Shown: positions 36,959 through 50,758 of the stretch, in pieces
Layout: every line of letters starts with the position of its first letter
How positions within the stretch are numbered: position 1 is the stretch's first letter
NCBI RefSeq assembly: GCF_006345805.1
Contig: NC_043000.1
Location: forward strand, 152,148,001 to 152,212,000
Reading direction: 5' to 3'
Source: Octopus sinensis
Lineage: Eukaryota
Length of the DNA stretch: 64,000 nucleotides
Position numbers and translations under genes: made by a program
Notes under the pieces: generated by a model
What the model was told of the DNA's origin: nothing
Database searches by the model: none
The model's input: only the letters and a program-made list of their open reading frames with translations

Positions 36959-37972
36959 TAATAGACAAAAATGGAAGTGTTTTTACTGAACAACTTACTC
37001 AAAAGGTTTGTTTAGTGTAGAGTAATTTGTGCATAGCTTATCCCATTCTTTCCTAATTGTGTAACCTGATCTGGTACCAAATACAAGTGTGCCAAATACA
37101 AGACACAAATGAACTCATGATAAGGAAGGTTAGGGATGCTAAACCAAAGCAGATAGATCCTGATCCTGATCTCATTTAACACTAATATATAAATATATTC
37201 AATCATTTCATTTAACATCTGCTTTTCATGTTGAAATCCAGTTTTCATCTACCAAGTTCTCTCTCATGGTATTGGTCAGCTCAGAGCTACGGTTAAAGAG
37301 TCTCTTCTTATGTACTGCACAATGGGACTGGACATGAAGTCATGTAGTTGTAAGGCAAACTTCTAAACCACACAGCCTTGCCTAAACACGCACGCACACA
37401 TACACACACACACTCACAAGCACACATACAAGCACACACACACACACACACACACACACAAGCACGTGCATACAAGCACACCTGCACACACACACACAAG
37501 AACACATATACAAGCACACACACACACATTGAATTAGTGAACGTATTATAAAGTAAGAGCCCATGCTGCTCAGTAGAACTATTCAGGAAAGCTAATTCAG
37601 TAAAGAAAAATATACTTATTTGCTGAAAATATTTAGTCTTGCAGTAGAGTGATTTTTAAGTTTTGAGTCCAGAATGTTGGTTAAGACCTGCGGTCAGGTC
37701 TTTGCTAAAGCACTTTGGTACTACAAGCATCGGTACAGTGGTTCTCATGAAGTTCTCTGCATGTTTTAAATATTGTATTATAAAACTTCTGTGTGAGGGT
37801 AATGTTGGTGTATACATGGGCTTGCACGCATGCACACACACACACACACACACACACAAACACGTACACACACAGGCACACACATCCACACATACATGCA
37901 CATGCACACACACATGCACACACTTTCACATGCACATATACACATGCACACAAACACACACACACACACAAG

Positions 37973-38290
37973 ACTCCGCCGGTTACGACGACGAGGGTCC
38001 CAGCTGATACGATCAACGGAACAGCTTGCCCGTGAAATTAACGTGCAAATGACTGAGCATTCCACAGACACGTGTACCCTTAACGTAGTTCTCGGGGATA
38101 ATCAGCGTGACACAGAGAGTGACAAGGCTGACCCTTTGAAGTACAAGTACAACTCATTTTTGCCAGCTGAGTGGACTGGAGCAATGTGAAATAAAGTGTC
38201 TTGCTCAAGGACACAACGCGTCGCCGGGAATCGAACTCACAACCTTACGATCATGAGCCGAATGCCCTAACCACTAAGCCACGCGCCCTT
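37973..38290 (-). mobile_element. tRNA-derived SINE sharing the family C tail but with a different head
   Basis: minus ggcgcgtggcttagtggttagg...gttcgattcc...gtgtccttgagcaagacacttt; TSD acacaag at 37966-37972 and 38291-38297, inside a CA tract. Confidence 0.85.
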
Positions 38291-38313
38291 ACACAAGTAC
38301 ACATACAAACAAT

Positions 38314-38344
<31 letters not shown>

Positions 38345-39261
38345 ATACAGTTTACTTGTCGTTGAGGTATATGGGTTGACATATCTTCTTAGGTCATTCA
38401 TATTACTTGCTCTTGTGTGTTTCACTGAGATCTGCTCTATGTTCATCTAAACCTGTATCAGTCAAAAAAAAATTTTTTTAAAGCCAAGTCATTAATTTAA
38501 TGTTACAGTACCAAGAGTCCCCTATACTAGCTTCTACCAACATAAAGCCAGATGGATGAGGCAATGAGAGTTAAATGTTTTGGTAGCTGATTTAGTGCAG
38601 CCTTGATGATGAGAATCAATGGCTGTGAGGTTAAGCTGCAGAATTATTAACCCCCTGTTCAGGTCTTAGAAGAGATATTGCATTGTGCTCATGAGCAAAG
38701 CACATGTCATTGCTTGCCTCAGTTTGCTTATATACACTTAGACACACTTACAAACACATACTCTCACACACATATTTTAGTGTATCCCTCATGGCTAAGG
38801 AAGTTGTCCACCTGATGATATATTATCTGTGTAGCATGATGAGCTTAAGGGGAAATAAACTGTTATCAGCCAGTGCATGCATCCCATTATCAGAGCAAAC
38901 ATCCAAATTTAATAGCAAAATGAGAATTAGAGTTAGTTCACTGAGGTTCCTTTTCTGGTATCAAAGAGTTATTTCTACAGAAAAATAGCCCCTAAGTAAG
39001 TCTCTATTGGATCACTTGATCTGGTCAAAATAGCAGCTAAACTTCTCTGAAAACTTACTCTTCCTGGCTCCAGTGTATAAATAAGACAGCTGATGGTGGC
39101 TGGAACAGTTTTGATCATAGGTTTGCTAGATCAAAACTGACTGTAGTTCAACAATAACAACAACAAGAGTTAGTGCTTCTTAGAATGCTGAGTTGGTCCT
39201 ATCTTGCTATACCTATTTTCACCTGGATCAAGTGGGCCATTTTGTATATAATTTTCTTGGT

Positions 39262-39683
39262 AAGTCGATCAACATCAATGGAAATTGCAGCTGTGATACC
39301 AGTGCCGGTGACAAGTAAGTGAACAATCCGATCGTGGCCGTTGCCAGCGCCACCCCGACTGGCCTCCGTGCCGGTGGCACGTAAAAAGCACCATCCGATC
39401 GTGGCTGTTGCCAGCCTCGCCTGGCCCCTGTGCCGGTGGCACGTAAAAAGCACCATCCGTCCATGGCCGTTTTGCCAGACCCGTCTGGCACCTGTGCGGG
39501 TGGCACATAAAAAGCACCCACTACACTCACGGAGTGGTTGATGTTAGGAAGGGCATCCAGCCGTAGAAACTCTGCCAGACTGGGTCTGATGCAGCCTTCT
39601 GGCTTCACAGACCCCAGTTGAACCGTCCAACCCATGCCAGCATGGAAAGCGGACGCTAAATGACGATGATGATGATGACGATG
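39262..39683 (+). mobile_element. RTE-type 3' UTR repeat
   Basis: gtgccggtggcacgtaaaaagcaccatccg units; ends catggaaagcggacgctaaatgacgatgatgat. Confidence 0.85.
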
Positions 39684-40175
39684 TAGTGTGAGTGAGCAGA
39701 TATGAACCGCTGGCCTCTGTTGATTGTCTGTGAGTCCATCTGTGAATAAATGTTTATAATACTCATGTATATGCATCTCTTAACCCTTTGTTACAACTGG
39801 AGAAAGACATTCTTATTCATGGAAGCACAACAGTGTTTGGGTGAAAATGCTGTTAGTTTTGAGTCAGGCAAGATGGCACAAAGTGATCTGAAACTAAGAG
39901 AGGAAGTTCATCAGAGCACTTCCTGTGGCCTTAAGGATAGAAAAGATTAAGACTGGCAATGCCATATCAGTGTGACAAGAGTTGTAGAATTGAAGTAAGA
40001 GAGGGGCAAATCAAACATGGTTAGTCACATGGAGTGTTTACACATCCCAATACAAAAATATTTATAGTTTTAGTATTATGTAAAATGTACTCATTCTGTT
40101 GGTTTAGGATATGTCTGTAATCACTGCTAAGAAATTGAAATCTTTGTAGCTGATTGATATTAATATACAACAATA

Positions 40176-40341
40176 CACTCGCGGAGTGGTTGGCGTTAGG
40201 AAGGGCATCCAGCCGTAGAAACACTGCCAGATCTGACTGGGCCTGACGAAGCCTTCCAGCTTCACAGACCCCAGTTGACCCGTCCAACCCATGCTAACAT
40301 GGAAAACGGACGCTAAACGATGATGATGATGATGATGATGA
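40176..40341 (+). mobile_element. Short RTE-type 3' end
   Basis: ggagtggttggcgttaggaagggcatccagcc...(GAT)n. Confidence 0.85.
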
Positions 40342-40395
40342 ATACAATGAAAAATAACTGAAGCATTTCTTTACACTGTTCTTCATTTTATTCAG

Positions 40396-40526
40396 CTCCA
40401 GGCCAACGAGTATGCACTTGTCCATCTGGATATTTTGGCTCTGGTATTGGTCCCAATGGTTGTTCTCAAAGTTCTGCCAGTAATCCATGTACAAACAATA
40501 ATTGCATGAATGGTGCTACTTGCCAG
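40396..40526 (+). CDS. CUBN: Cubilin exon, EGF6/EGF7
   Basis: ttttattcag / gtgagt; APGQRVCTCPSGYFGSGIGPNGCSQSSASNPCTNNNCMNGATCQ (the G.GPNGC motif is typical of cubilin); phase 1 to 0. Confidence 0.95.
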
Positions 40527-40554
40527 GTGAGTTAATTTATTATCTTAGTGAACA

Positions 40555-40877
40555 TAATAATAATAATGAAATTATTGTATACAGTGCTCAGGTGCACCAC
40601 AACTTGTCAGAAAGTGCATATAAAGCACATGCAGTAGTGTACGAATGTCTGGAAAGCGAACAATGCATGAGTCAGATACATGCTTGTGTGTGTATGGAGG
40701 GGAGAAAATCAGGTGTAGTGTTGGCGAATCTCAGAAAGCATGGAAGTTTTGAAGGATGCAGTGCTCCGACAACTAACAACTGATGCCGGCAGTTTGTTCC
40801 ATGCTTCAGCAACTCTCAGCGTGAAAAAATGTTTCCTGAAGTCATGGGAGCTGTGCTGTTTTCTGACTTTGTAAATA
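40555..40877 (-). mobile_element. CR1/L2-like LINE 3' end
   Basis: YKVRKQHSSHDFRKHFFTLRVAEAWNKLPASVV. Confidence 0.85.
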
Positions 40878-42327
40878 TGATAAAAAAAACCAGGTGAGTT
40901 AAAATGCCGGATTACCGACAAAGAAAGCCAGGAGTTTCGACTTTGTCACATAGAATATAATTCTCTCTGTTTTGTTTTTTTGAAAATAATCAAAAATTAT
41001 TTGAAATGCTAATTGTTTATTTTCCTTAGAGATGCAGGTACAGAAGAATTTTTAGCCATCCTCACATGAGAAAATTCAACTAGTACAATCTAAAGCAGTT
41101 GGTGAGTGGAAGGGCATCTATCTATTTAGCTATAGAAAATATACCAAAAGTGGAATGTACATGTGAGATTCAGGCATCTCAAGATGTATATCTAAGAGGG
41201 CAGTAACTCCAAATAAGAACTGATACAGGCTACAGGTTGTTACAACAAAATGCACCTGATCACACTGTATGACATACACTATACCAAATTTGGGTGGTTT
41301 TTCTCAATTGCTGTAAGAGATGACAGACTATGAAAACCTGTCTAGCCAAGGCCAGCAGGGAAAAGCAAACAGGAAAATATGAAAATTAGTGGTGGTGATG
41401 ATAAGCCATTTTGATAAACTTGTGAAATTTAAATGTTGAATATGAAAATTTGCAACAAATACAAACATACAGAAACATGCAAGTGTTTGCGTATGTATGA
41501 GTGACAGAAGAGATAAAGAGATAAATATATAGTGTGCTTGTGAACATACATACATATGCACATACACACGGATAAATAGTAGGTACATTTTCTTTTTGGT
41601 ATGTGCTATTAATGATGGTGATGATATAGATAATGCTAATGAGGTCTCCTTTATTTACTGCTGCTAACGACATTGGCACACTCCAATTGTAATCATAAGT
41701 TTTTATCATCAAACTTGGAAGGATGTATGTCAAAATTGAATGCAATTTTTTTTTTATAAGAAAGTACCAAACAAGGTGAGAAGCGACTTAGTATAGGAGA
41801 CTATGAAGGAGAAAGGAGAATCCAAGGCAAGGCAAATCTCAGCACATTCAGTTGAAAATTTGCTGACTGTATAAGTTTATGGAGAAACTAGTTTCATTTA
41901 CTATTATTTTAAAAGTTCAGTTAAAAAAGATATAATCTGTCCACAAAATGACACTTATGTTAGTAAAATAAAATCCTCAGAATTTCAAAAAATCACATTA
42001 ATTTACTACAAAGGTTAGAAAATTTATTAAGATAATGAATAAATTTGTCTGAAATGATATTTTAAATAATACCTTAATTTGTTCAAACCTTCAAAAACGT
42101 GTGTGAATGTAGAATAACACGGTTTATTTCCTAATTAAACTGATACCTTTTACTTATTCCTTCTATCTGCCGGTCCTGTCTATAAACAATAATCCGGTTG
42201 GATATAAGGAGTTGTTTTTAGCTCAAAGCATGAAGGCAGTTCAGTCTTTAGCTGTGATCCCTCAAATCATAGATATTTATGAGAGATTTCATTGATGTCT
42301 GTGTATGAAGTATTCCTTTAATATTGA

Positions 42328-42576
<249 letters not shown>

Positions 42577-42633
42577 TAGTAATCCATTTCAATGAGTAAG
42601 CCACAGATATGTGGCTTAATTGACATTGTAGAT

Positions 42634-42852
42634 CAGTGGTTTTCAACCAGGGTTCCTCGGAACCTTAGGTTTCCGCCAGTACAGTCCAGGGGTTCCGCAA
42701 GAAGTTACAAAACTGCTAAAATCAGCAGTAATTTTTAATTCTCCTGTGCAGATATGTGTGCATAAGACTATTAAATTATTGCACAGGGGTTCCTCGAGCC
42801 AGTGGAATGTTTCCTTGGGGTTCCGCTCCAGCAAAAAGTTTGAAAATCACTG
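42634..42852. mobile_element. hAT (Charlie-like) MITE
   Basis: TIRs cagtggttttcaa / ttgaaaatcactg; 8-bp TSD ttgtagat at 42626-42633 and 42853-42860. Confidence 0.9.
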
Positions 42853-42989
42853 TTGTAGATTGTATCCTGAGTGCTTAAATACTTCCCAGCTTCTTTTGTT
42901 TAACAGATATATGCATGCTTTGAAGATTGCAAGCAATACTTGAAGAAGATTTTTATTTTGACAGGGTCACTCAAACAGCAAAGCAGAAT

Positions 42990-42994
42990 CTCTT

Positions 42995-43074
<80 letters not shown>
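42990..43074. repeat. (CT)n microsatellite
   Basis: read directly. Confidence 0.97.
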
Positions 43075-43076
<2 letters not shown>

Positions 43077-43403
43077 AAAGAGCAAATAATTTAAGATATG
43101 ATTAATGAGCAGCTTGAAGGCTAGTTTCTGTGAACTGTTGAGATCTGTAAAATTGATAAATATTTATTAAGTTTGCTATGCTTGAATTAATTATGTACCA
43201 GTAAGTAGGTTGGGAATTTTTGAAGAGGAGTGATTTTTGATCAAACAGTAAGCAAACTAATTTATAATGAAACAATGGATACAGAAACTACGATTATTAT
43301 CAAATTTTTATGTAACTCTATACTTTGGTTTATTATTTATGCAACAACAACTATAGAAAATTAAAAAATTAATTATTAATGATAAAAGCAGTATTACTAC
43401 CAA

Positions 43404-43569
43404 CAGAGCTGGCTCAAAGTACTGGCAACTTGGGCAATTGCCCAAGGTGCCATATGCTAGGGAGCACCAAGGAAGGCGTGACAGAGACAAGGAAATTTCC
43501 ATGACCATCATCTTGTACACACCAAAGTTCAGCTTGCCTGGGGTGCCAGCAAACCTAGGGCTGGCCCTA
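43404..43569. mobile_element. hAT MITE
   Basis: TIRs cagagctggctc / gggctggcccta; 8-bp TSD actaccaa at 43396-43403 and 43570-43577. Confidence 0.8.
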
Positions 43570-43886
43570 ACTACCAAAAGGTAATCTTTATATTGAAGTA
43601 AACATGGATGCCTTGCTAGAACACCAAGTACAGTGTATGAGAGATCCCCTCATATAGGTGCCTGGTGAATAAAAGCATACACATAAATCATAGCAGATGA
43701 AATTCAGCTGTCATGGGTGCCACAATTCTATTGTAGCTTATCAGTGGAAAGCACTAGATGACTGTGTGCCAATCAAATCTTGCTGCTGTGTGGTCACCAG
43801 ATGCTTCCCATTGATGAGTTTCAGTAGAATGAAACCACATAATATGGAAATTCCATCACTCATGACAGACGAATTTTGTCGGCTAT

Positions 43887-43939
43887 GTGGATTTACTGGT
43901 GAGCTCTGTAGTGAAAATGCAGGTGCCTGTTCTTCAAAT
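43887..43939 (+). pseudogene. Intronic 53-nt copy of part of the CUBN EGF7/8 exon
   Basis: 48/53 identical to 42386-42438; flanked by tcggctatg at 43879-43887 and 43944-43952. Confidence 0.85.
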
Positions 43940-44219
43940 TAAATCGGCTATGATCTGTGCATGTGCTTTTATTTGCCAATCACCTCATCTATATAAGAGG
44001 ATCTCTCAAGGCTAATAATGCTGTATTCGGTGTTCTAACAAGGCATCCATGTTTAGTTGGATATAATGATTATCTTTTCATATTAATACTGTTTCCATTG
44101 CTAATGATTAATTTTGAATTTCTAACTGCATTGTTATAAAGTTAGGTTTCAAATATTGTGTTTTCATCAGTTATGATCTTAAAAGGTTTAAATTGACATC
44201 CTTATGTTGACAATTTCAG

Positions 44220-44335
44220 ATTGTGGAGGCAGTTATACAGGTGTAAATGGATCCTTCAGTTACCCCACTGTGGAAGGTGAAACCTATCCCCATTCAATTG
44301 TTTGTGAATGGATTATACATGTACCCTTTAACAAG
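44220..44335 (+). CDS. CUBN: Cubilin exon, CUB1 N-terminal part
   Basis: atttcag / gtatga; DCGGSYTGVNGSFSYPTVEGETYPHSIVCEWIIHVPFNK; phase 1 to 0. Confidence 0.95.
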
Positions 44336-45040
44336 GTATGACAAATTGATTAATAATGCAACTGAACTTTAATACTATTGTATAACTATTTCTCATTAGT
44401 ATCACATATTAGATCTGTGGTTCTTGAATGATGTACTGCAGTACACTTGTTTGCTACAAGAGGTATACTAGTGCATCTCAGATAATAAAAAGTATAATTT
44501 AAAGCAGTAGAAAATCCTTAGTAATATTTAAGCATCTTGAAAATCATGTTATTCATAATTATGATTAACATTTAGGGCACCAGCTGAGTATGGCACATGT
44601 TTAGAGGAGATATGATACATTGATGCGTTTTTGTATGAGTAGTACTTGAGTTTTTGTCTCTTGAAAGAGGCAAAGCTGAGGATGTTCCATGAGAATGATG
44701 CTGAGCTTTCCATTGAAGTGTTCAGCCATCCATACCCTCCTCAACTGAGTCAACATTGTAAAATTATAGGTGTTGAACAAACATTTATTTTCTTCTGATG
44801 TGCAATTTAAATTATCATCTTATGCTCTGTATACATGCAGATTGAAAGAATATTGGTTCTAAGGAAATGAAATGTAAAGTTTCTATATGTTTTTCAAAAA
44901 CAATCCAACTGAAAATTTTAAAATTGTTTCAAGGATTCTATCCATTTCAAGAATTTCACTGCTGCATCCAGAACTATAAACGTTGGAAGAGTTATCCAAT
45001 AGTAAAATATATGTCCAGATTGTAGAATTGCTGAGCTTTA

Positions 45041-45438
45041 TCTTTATATATAAAAGTGAGGTTGTGTGCTGTCTGTCTCCTATGATTTAGATTCCTAACT
45101 ACTCCCACATTTTGCGGTGCAGTTTAACCAAAAGCGGGTATCTTATAGTCGTGATTCATATCGAGCCCTTCTGGGTATTAGTGCACATCTACGATGAGTC
45201 TACGATTTAAAAAAAAATTTACCATTAATTTTTCCCATTTTTAATGCATTTTTGGCATATATAAAGGAAGTAACTCTCTAAAAATTTATTATTAAATCTC
45301 AGAACGTAAAAAGCTACAGTAACACCCACCCCTTTGTGGTTAGCCATATTGAGATGGCTATTATACTTTACATCTCTAAAAATGCTTATATAGTTATTTC
45401 CCCTTACAAACCCGAGCAACGCCGGGCGATACTGCTAG
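45041..45438 (+). mobile_element. Non-autonomous Helitron H5 (same variant as H4)
   Basis: A|TC...CTAG|T; near-identical to 36560-36958. Confidence 0.88.
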
Positions 45439-45619
45439 TTAATAATAATGCGTTAACTAATCAAACCTTTTCTTTTAGCTCTGAGTAACAGATATCCCAA
45501 AAGTAAAGCAGCATAGAACATTTGAAACCGTCCTTATTTATGTAAGACTTTTGTTGAAGGTAATGTTAGTAGAATGCTTTGCCAACTGTGTCACTCAGTT
45601 TTGAAATGTCTATTTTCAG

Positions 45620-45848
45620 GTGGTACACCTTAATTTTACAGCATTAGACACAGAATGTCGTTATGATTATGTGGAAATACATGACGGAAGAAATAATTTA
45701 TCCCCTTCTCTAGGCCAGTTCTGCAATTTGAATTCACTTCAAAACAGGTCACTCATTAGTACAACAGATAGGATGTTTATAAGATTTCGATCTGATCACA
45801 ATATTGCCAAAACAGGCTTTCGATTAAATTGGAGTGCTCAACTACCAG
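45620..45848 (+). CDS. CUBN: Cubilin exon, CUB1 C-terminal part
   Basis: tattttcag / gtaaga; VVHLNFTALDTECRYDYVEIHDG...LGQFC...FIRFRSDHNIAKTGFRLNWSAQLP; phase 0 to 1. Confidence 0.96.
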
Positions 45849-46397
45849 GTAAGAAATTTAGCATCAAAAGTAATTCAAAGTATAAGCTTTTATTTGACCC
45901 CCCACCAAAAACAGTAATTATAAAAGAACAGTCTTGTAGACTCCACATACACTGACTGCTTGTCATAGCATGATGTCCAGATCATTAGTTGCTGTTTATA
46001 CCTTAATCAGTGTTGATAGAGAAGAATTATAATTAAAAATGTTCCTGCTATTATCATCCTGTTTTCTTTTTCTTTCAAGTATAGTTTATCTCTCAAGTTG
46101 TTAGGCTGTGATTTAAAAAAGATTTGGCTGCTATTTCTAGGAGATCAAATGCAAACAATCAGGCTCTGATTGTCTACACAAATCAATAAGTTTTCTTTAT
46201 GGCTTTGTGTCAGTCAATAATTTAAGCTAGTGTACATTATTGTTGTGTTACAATGACTGTATAAGTAAAATTTTGTTAGAGTTTGTTTCTAAGCATCACC
46301 TTCACCATAATTTTATGTCAATTCTCCATGCAGACATGATGGACAGGTCTTCATGGTCTTAACCAGTTCTACTCAGCAATTAGTGTCTACCTCAACT

Positions 46398-46630
46398 GTT
46401 GTTGTTGTTGTTGTTGTTGCTGTTGTTGTTAAGCAACAAGACGGGTAAGGGTAATTAGGTGATAGTCTAGGGCTTAGGGACGGGAGACCCCAGACTTTGA
46501 AAAAGAAAAAACTTTGGTCGTTTTGTTGTAGTCAAGGGCTCTTCATTGACGCCTGACACCACTGGAAGGTGGCCCTTGAAGTTGCTGGAAATGGATATCT
46601 CCAGGTCCGAATTCTTGAACGGCCACCTCA
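46398..46630 (-). mobile_element. LINE-like 3' end with (AAC)n tail
   Basis: homologous to 31400-31625. Confidence 0.55.
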
Positions 46631-46706
46631 ACTGTTGGGAGGACCAGGCTCAGAGGTATGTTTCATTTTGGCCTGTTTTCTATAGCTGGGCCAAAAATGA
46701 AGTATA

Positions 46707-47116
46707 CTCTCTTTTACTCTTTTACTTGTTTCAGTCATTTGACTGCGGCCATGCTGGAGCACCGCCTTTAGTCGAGCAAATCGACCCTGGGACTTATTCT
46801 TTTGTAAGCCCAGTACTTATTCTATCGGTCTCTTTTTTGCCGAACCGCTAAGTAACGGGGACATAAACATACCAGCATCGGTTGTCAAGCAATGCTAGGG
46901 GGACAAAAACAGACACACAAACACACACACGCATATATATATATACATATATACGACGGGCTTCTTTCAGTTTCCGTCTACCAAATCCACTTGCAAGGCT
47001 TTGGTCAGCCCGAGGCTATAGTAGAAGACACTTGCCCAAGGTGCCACACAGTGGGACTGAACCCGGAACCATGTGGTTGGTTAGCAAGCTACTTACCACA
47101 CAGCCACTCCTGCACC
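46707..47116 (-). mobile_element. SINE family A
   Basis: full-length reverse complement. Confidence 0.9.
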
Positions 47117-47492
47117 ATAACAAAAGTATATGTATGTATCTGATGTCTATTTGCATATGCACACACACGCACATGCATGCACACTTGCATGGCAAGCAGG
47201 TAGAGGAACAAAACCTGCTCTTCTGGGTAAGCATGACAGAAAGAATGTTAACAAGGGCAGTATTGAAGACTGGGATGCTCTTGCTGCAATTCATCCAATG
47301 CACCTTTCCTGTCTCTCCTTCACTCTCTGTCTCATCTCCTCTCCCTCCCAGCCTGGGATGCTTTTGTCCTCTGCTCCCACTCCACCTCTGTTGGTTCCCC
47401 TTCCCTCCATCCTCTTCATATCTTGTTGCTCTAATTCTGTATTCCTCTTCTATTCTCTCCTTTCTCTAAGTTGCCCTTCACCCTTGCACCAC

Positions 47493-47767
47493 CCGACCGT
47501 GTCTGTTGCCAGCGCCGCCCTGACTGGCCCCTGTGCCGGTGGCACGTAAAAAGCACCATCTGTCCGTGGCCGTTTGCCAGCCCCATCTGGCACCTGTGCG
47601 GGTGGCACGTAAAAAGCACCCACTACACTCACGGAGTGGTTGGCGTTAGGAAGGGCATCCAGCCGTAGAAACACTGCCAGATCAAACTGGAGCCTGGTGC
47701 AGCCCCCAGGCTTCCCAGACCCCAGTTGAACCGTCCAACCCATGCTAGCATGGAAAGCGGACGCTAA

Positions 47768-47797
<30 letters not shown>
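47493..47797 (+). mobile_element. RTE-type 3' UTR repeat
   Basis: same family as 39262-39683; (GAT)n tail. Confidence 0.85.
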
Positions 47798-47799
<2 letters not shown>

Positions 47800-48486
47800 T
47801 CCACTGCTTTCCTTTTCCTTTTTCTCTCGGTGTCTGCCCCCACAGCCTCCCCCACTTGGGATACTTTCTCCTCATTTACACTATACTTGCCCTTACTACT
47901 ATGATATCCTCCAACCTCTCTTTCCATCCCTGCTCACTCACTGCTCCTCCCTGCTCTCCATCTTGTTTTCTTTCATTGACCTCTCTCCACAACTTCTCTG
48001 CCATCTCAACGCTTTCTCATCCCTCTGTCTCTGACCTACCCTACCATGACCCCCAACACCTTAATTTTCTTCAATTTCTCTCTCTCCAGAACCTTACCCA
48101 AACTCTCTCCTCCATGTTTCCTTTCTCTCATGCTCTCCATTCATATTTGCCCTTATAATGGGAGTTAGTCCTGGAATCTCTTACCCAATCCACCTTATTT
48201 CCTTTAGCATTGTCCTCCCTTTCTCACTAATCCCTGGCATTATCCCCTTCCCTCTCCTCTTCCCTATCCAATCTCCTTCCCCCAATAGTCTACCTTGCTA
48301 CTCTCCTTACTACACCCTCTCACAACTGTCAATGTTTCTCTCTTCATATTGTACCCTCTTTTATCACCCTACCTAAAATCATGCACTCTCTCTGTTCTTT
48401 ATTTCATTACATTTGCCATAAAGGCATAATACAGATGGAAGCTCTCTGTTCTTTTTCACTTACAGGAGTCCCTCTAGGCTCTTAGT

Positions 48487-48901
48487 CTCTTTTTTTTACT
48501 CTTTTTACTTGTTTCAGTCATTTGACTGCGGCCATGCTGGAGCACCGCCTTTAGTCGAGCAAATCGACCCCGGGACTTATTCTTTGTAAGCCCAGTACTT
48601 ATTCTATCGGTCTCTTTTGCCGAACCGCTAAGTTACGGGGACGTAAACACACCAGCATCGGTTGTCAAGCAATGCTAAGGGAACAAACACAGACACACAA
48701 ACATATTCACACACACTTATATATATATACATATATACGACAGGCTTCTTTCAGTTTCCATCTACCAAATCCACTCACAAGGCATTGGTCGGCCTGAGGC
48801 TATAGCAGAAGACACTTGCCCAAGATGCCATGCAGTGGGACTGAACCCGGAACCATGTGGTTGGTTAGCAAGCTACTTACCACACAGCCACTCCTGCGCC
48901 T
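48487..48901 (-). mobile_element. SINE family A
   Basis: full-length reverse complement. Confidence 0.9.
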
Positions 48902-49119
48902 ATAGTATTGTAAATTGCAAGACAACCTCGGTAGTGCTGGTGCAACAAAAAATACCCATTATACTCTGTGAAGGGATTGGTGTTAAGAAGGGCATCCAGC
49001 TGTAGAAACCACGACAAAATAGATATGGGAACATAACATGGTCTTAAGATTTGTTGGATCCTATCAAACAGTCCAATTAATGCCAGCATGGAAAACAGAT
49101 GTTAAATGCTGATGATGAT

Positions 49120-50758
49120 CTCTCTCTCTCTCACTCACTCACTCCTCACTCACTCACTCCTCACTTACTCACTCACTCACTCACTCACTCACTCACTCCT
49201 CACTCCTCACTCCTCACTCACTCACTCACTCCTCACTCACTCACTCACTCACTCACTCACTCACTCACTCCTCACTCACTCACTCACTCACTCCTCACTC
49301 CTCACTCACTCACTCCTCACTCCTCACTCACTCACTCCTTACTCACTCACTCACTCCTCACTCACTCACTCACTCCTCACTCACTCACTCCTTACTCACT
49401 CACTCACTCACTCACTCCTCACTCCTCACTCACTCACTCTTCACTCACTCACTCACTCACTCCTCACTCACTCACTCACTCACTCACTCACTCCTCACTC
49501 CTCACTCACTCACTCACTCACTCACTCCTCACTCACTCACTCACTCCTACTCACTCACTCACTCACTCCTCACTCCTCACTCACTCACTCTTCACTCACT
49601 CACTCACTTCTCACTCACTCACTCACTCACTCACTCACTCCTCACTCACTCACTCACTCCTCACTCACTCACTCACTCCTCACTTACTCACTCACTCACT
49701 CACTCACTCACTCACTCACTCCTCACACTCCTCACTCACTCACTCACTCACTCCTCACTCACTCACTCACTCACTCACTCACTCACTCACTCCTCACTCA
49801 CTCACTCACTCACTCACTCACTCCTCACTCACTCACTCACTCCTCACTCACTCACTCACTCCTCACTCACTCACTCACTCCTCACACACTCCTCACTCAC
49901 TCCTCACTCACTCACTCACTCACTCCTCACTCACTCACTCACTCACTCACTCACTCACTCACTCACTCCTCACTCACTCACTCACTCACTCCTCACTCAC
50001 ACTCACTCACTCACTCACTCACTCCTCACTCACTCACTCACTCCTCACTCACTCACTCACTCCTCACTCCTCACTCACTCACTCCTTACTCACTCACTCA
50101 CTCCTCACTCACTCACTCACTCCTCACACGCTCCTCACTCACTCCTCACTCACTCACTCACTCCTCACTCACTCACTCACTCACTCACTCACCACTCACT
50201 CACTCACTCACTCACTCACTCACTCCTCACTCACTCCTCACTCACTCACTCCTCACTCACTCACTCACTCACTCACTCACTCCTCACTCACTCAATCACT
50301 CACTCCTCACTCACTCACTCACTCCTCACTCACTCACTCACTCCTCACTCACTCACTCACTCCTCACTCACTCACTCACTCACTCACTCACTCACTCACC
50401 TCACTCACTCCTCACTCCTCACTCACTCACTCCTCACTCACTCACTCACTCACACCTCCTCACTCACTCCTCACTCACTCACTCACTCACTCACTCCTCA
50501 CTCACTCACTCACTCACTCACTCACTCACTCACTCCTCACTCACTCACTCACTCACTCCTCACTCACTCACTCACTCCTCACTCCTCACTCACCCACTCA
50601 CTCACTCCTCACTCACTCAATCACTCACTCCTCACTCACTCACTCCTCACTCACTCACTCACTCCTCACTCCTCACTCACTCACTCACTCATTCACTCAC
50701 TCCTCACTCACTCACTCACTCACTCACTCACTCACTCCTCACTCACTCACTCACTCAC
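49120..50758. repeat. 1.6-kb (CTCA)n satellite interspersed with CTC units
   Basis: read directly; almost G-free on the + strand; produces the 571 and 578 aa artefact ORFs. Confidence 0.97.

Noticed and set aside
43697-43942. ORF ending in EGF-like CGFTGELCSENAGACSSN as an alternative exon
   Set aside because: Only 53 nt are exon-derived, there is no suitable acceptor or donor, and a stop follows; reported as a templated insertion instead
47310-48480. Pyrimidine-rich region with several 60-195 aa ORFs
   Set aside because: Low-complexity C/T skew plus SINE and RTE overlap; no coherent protein signal
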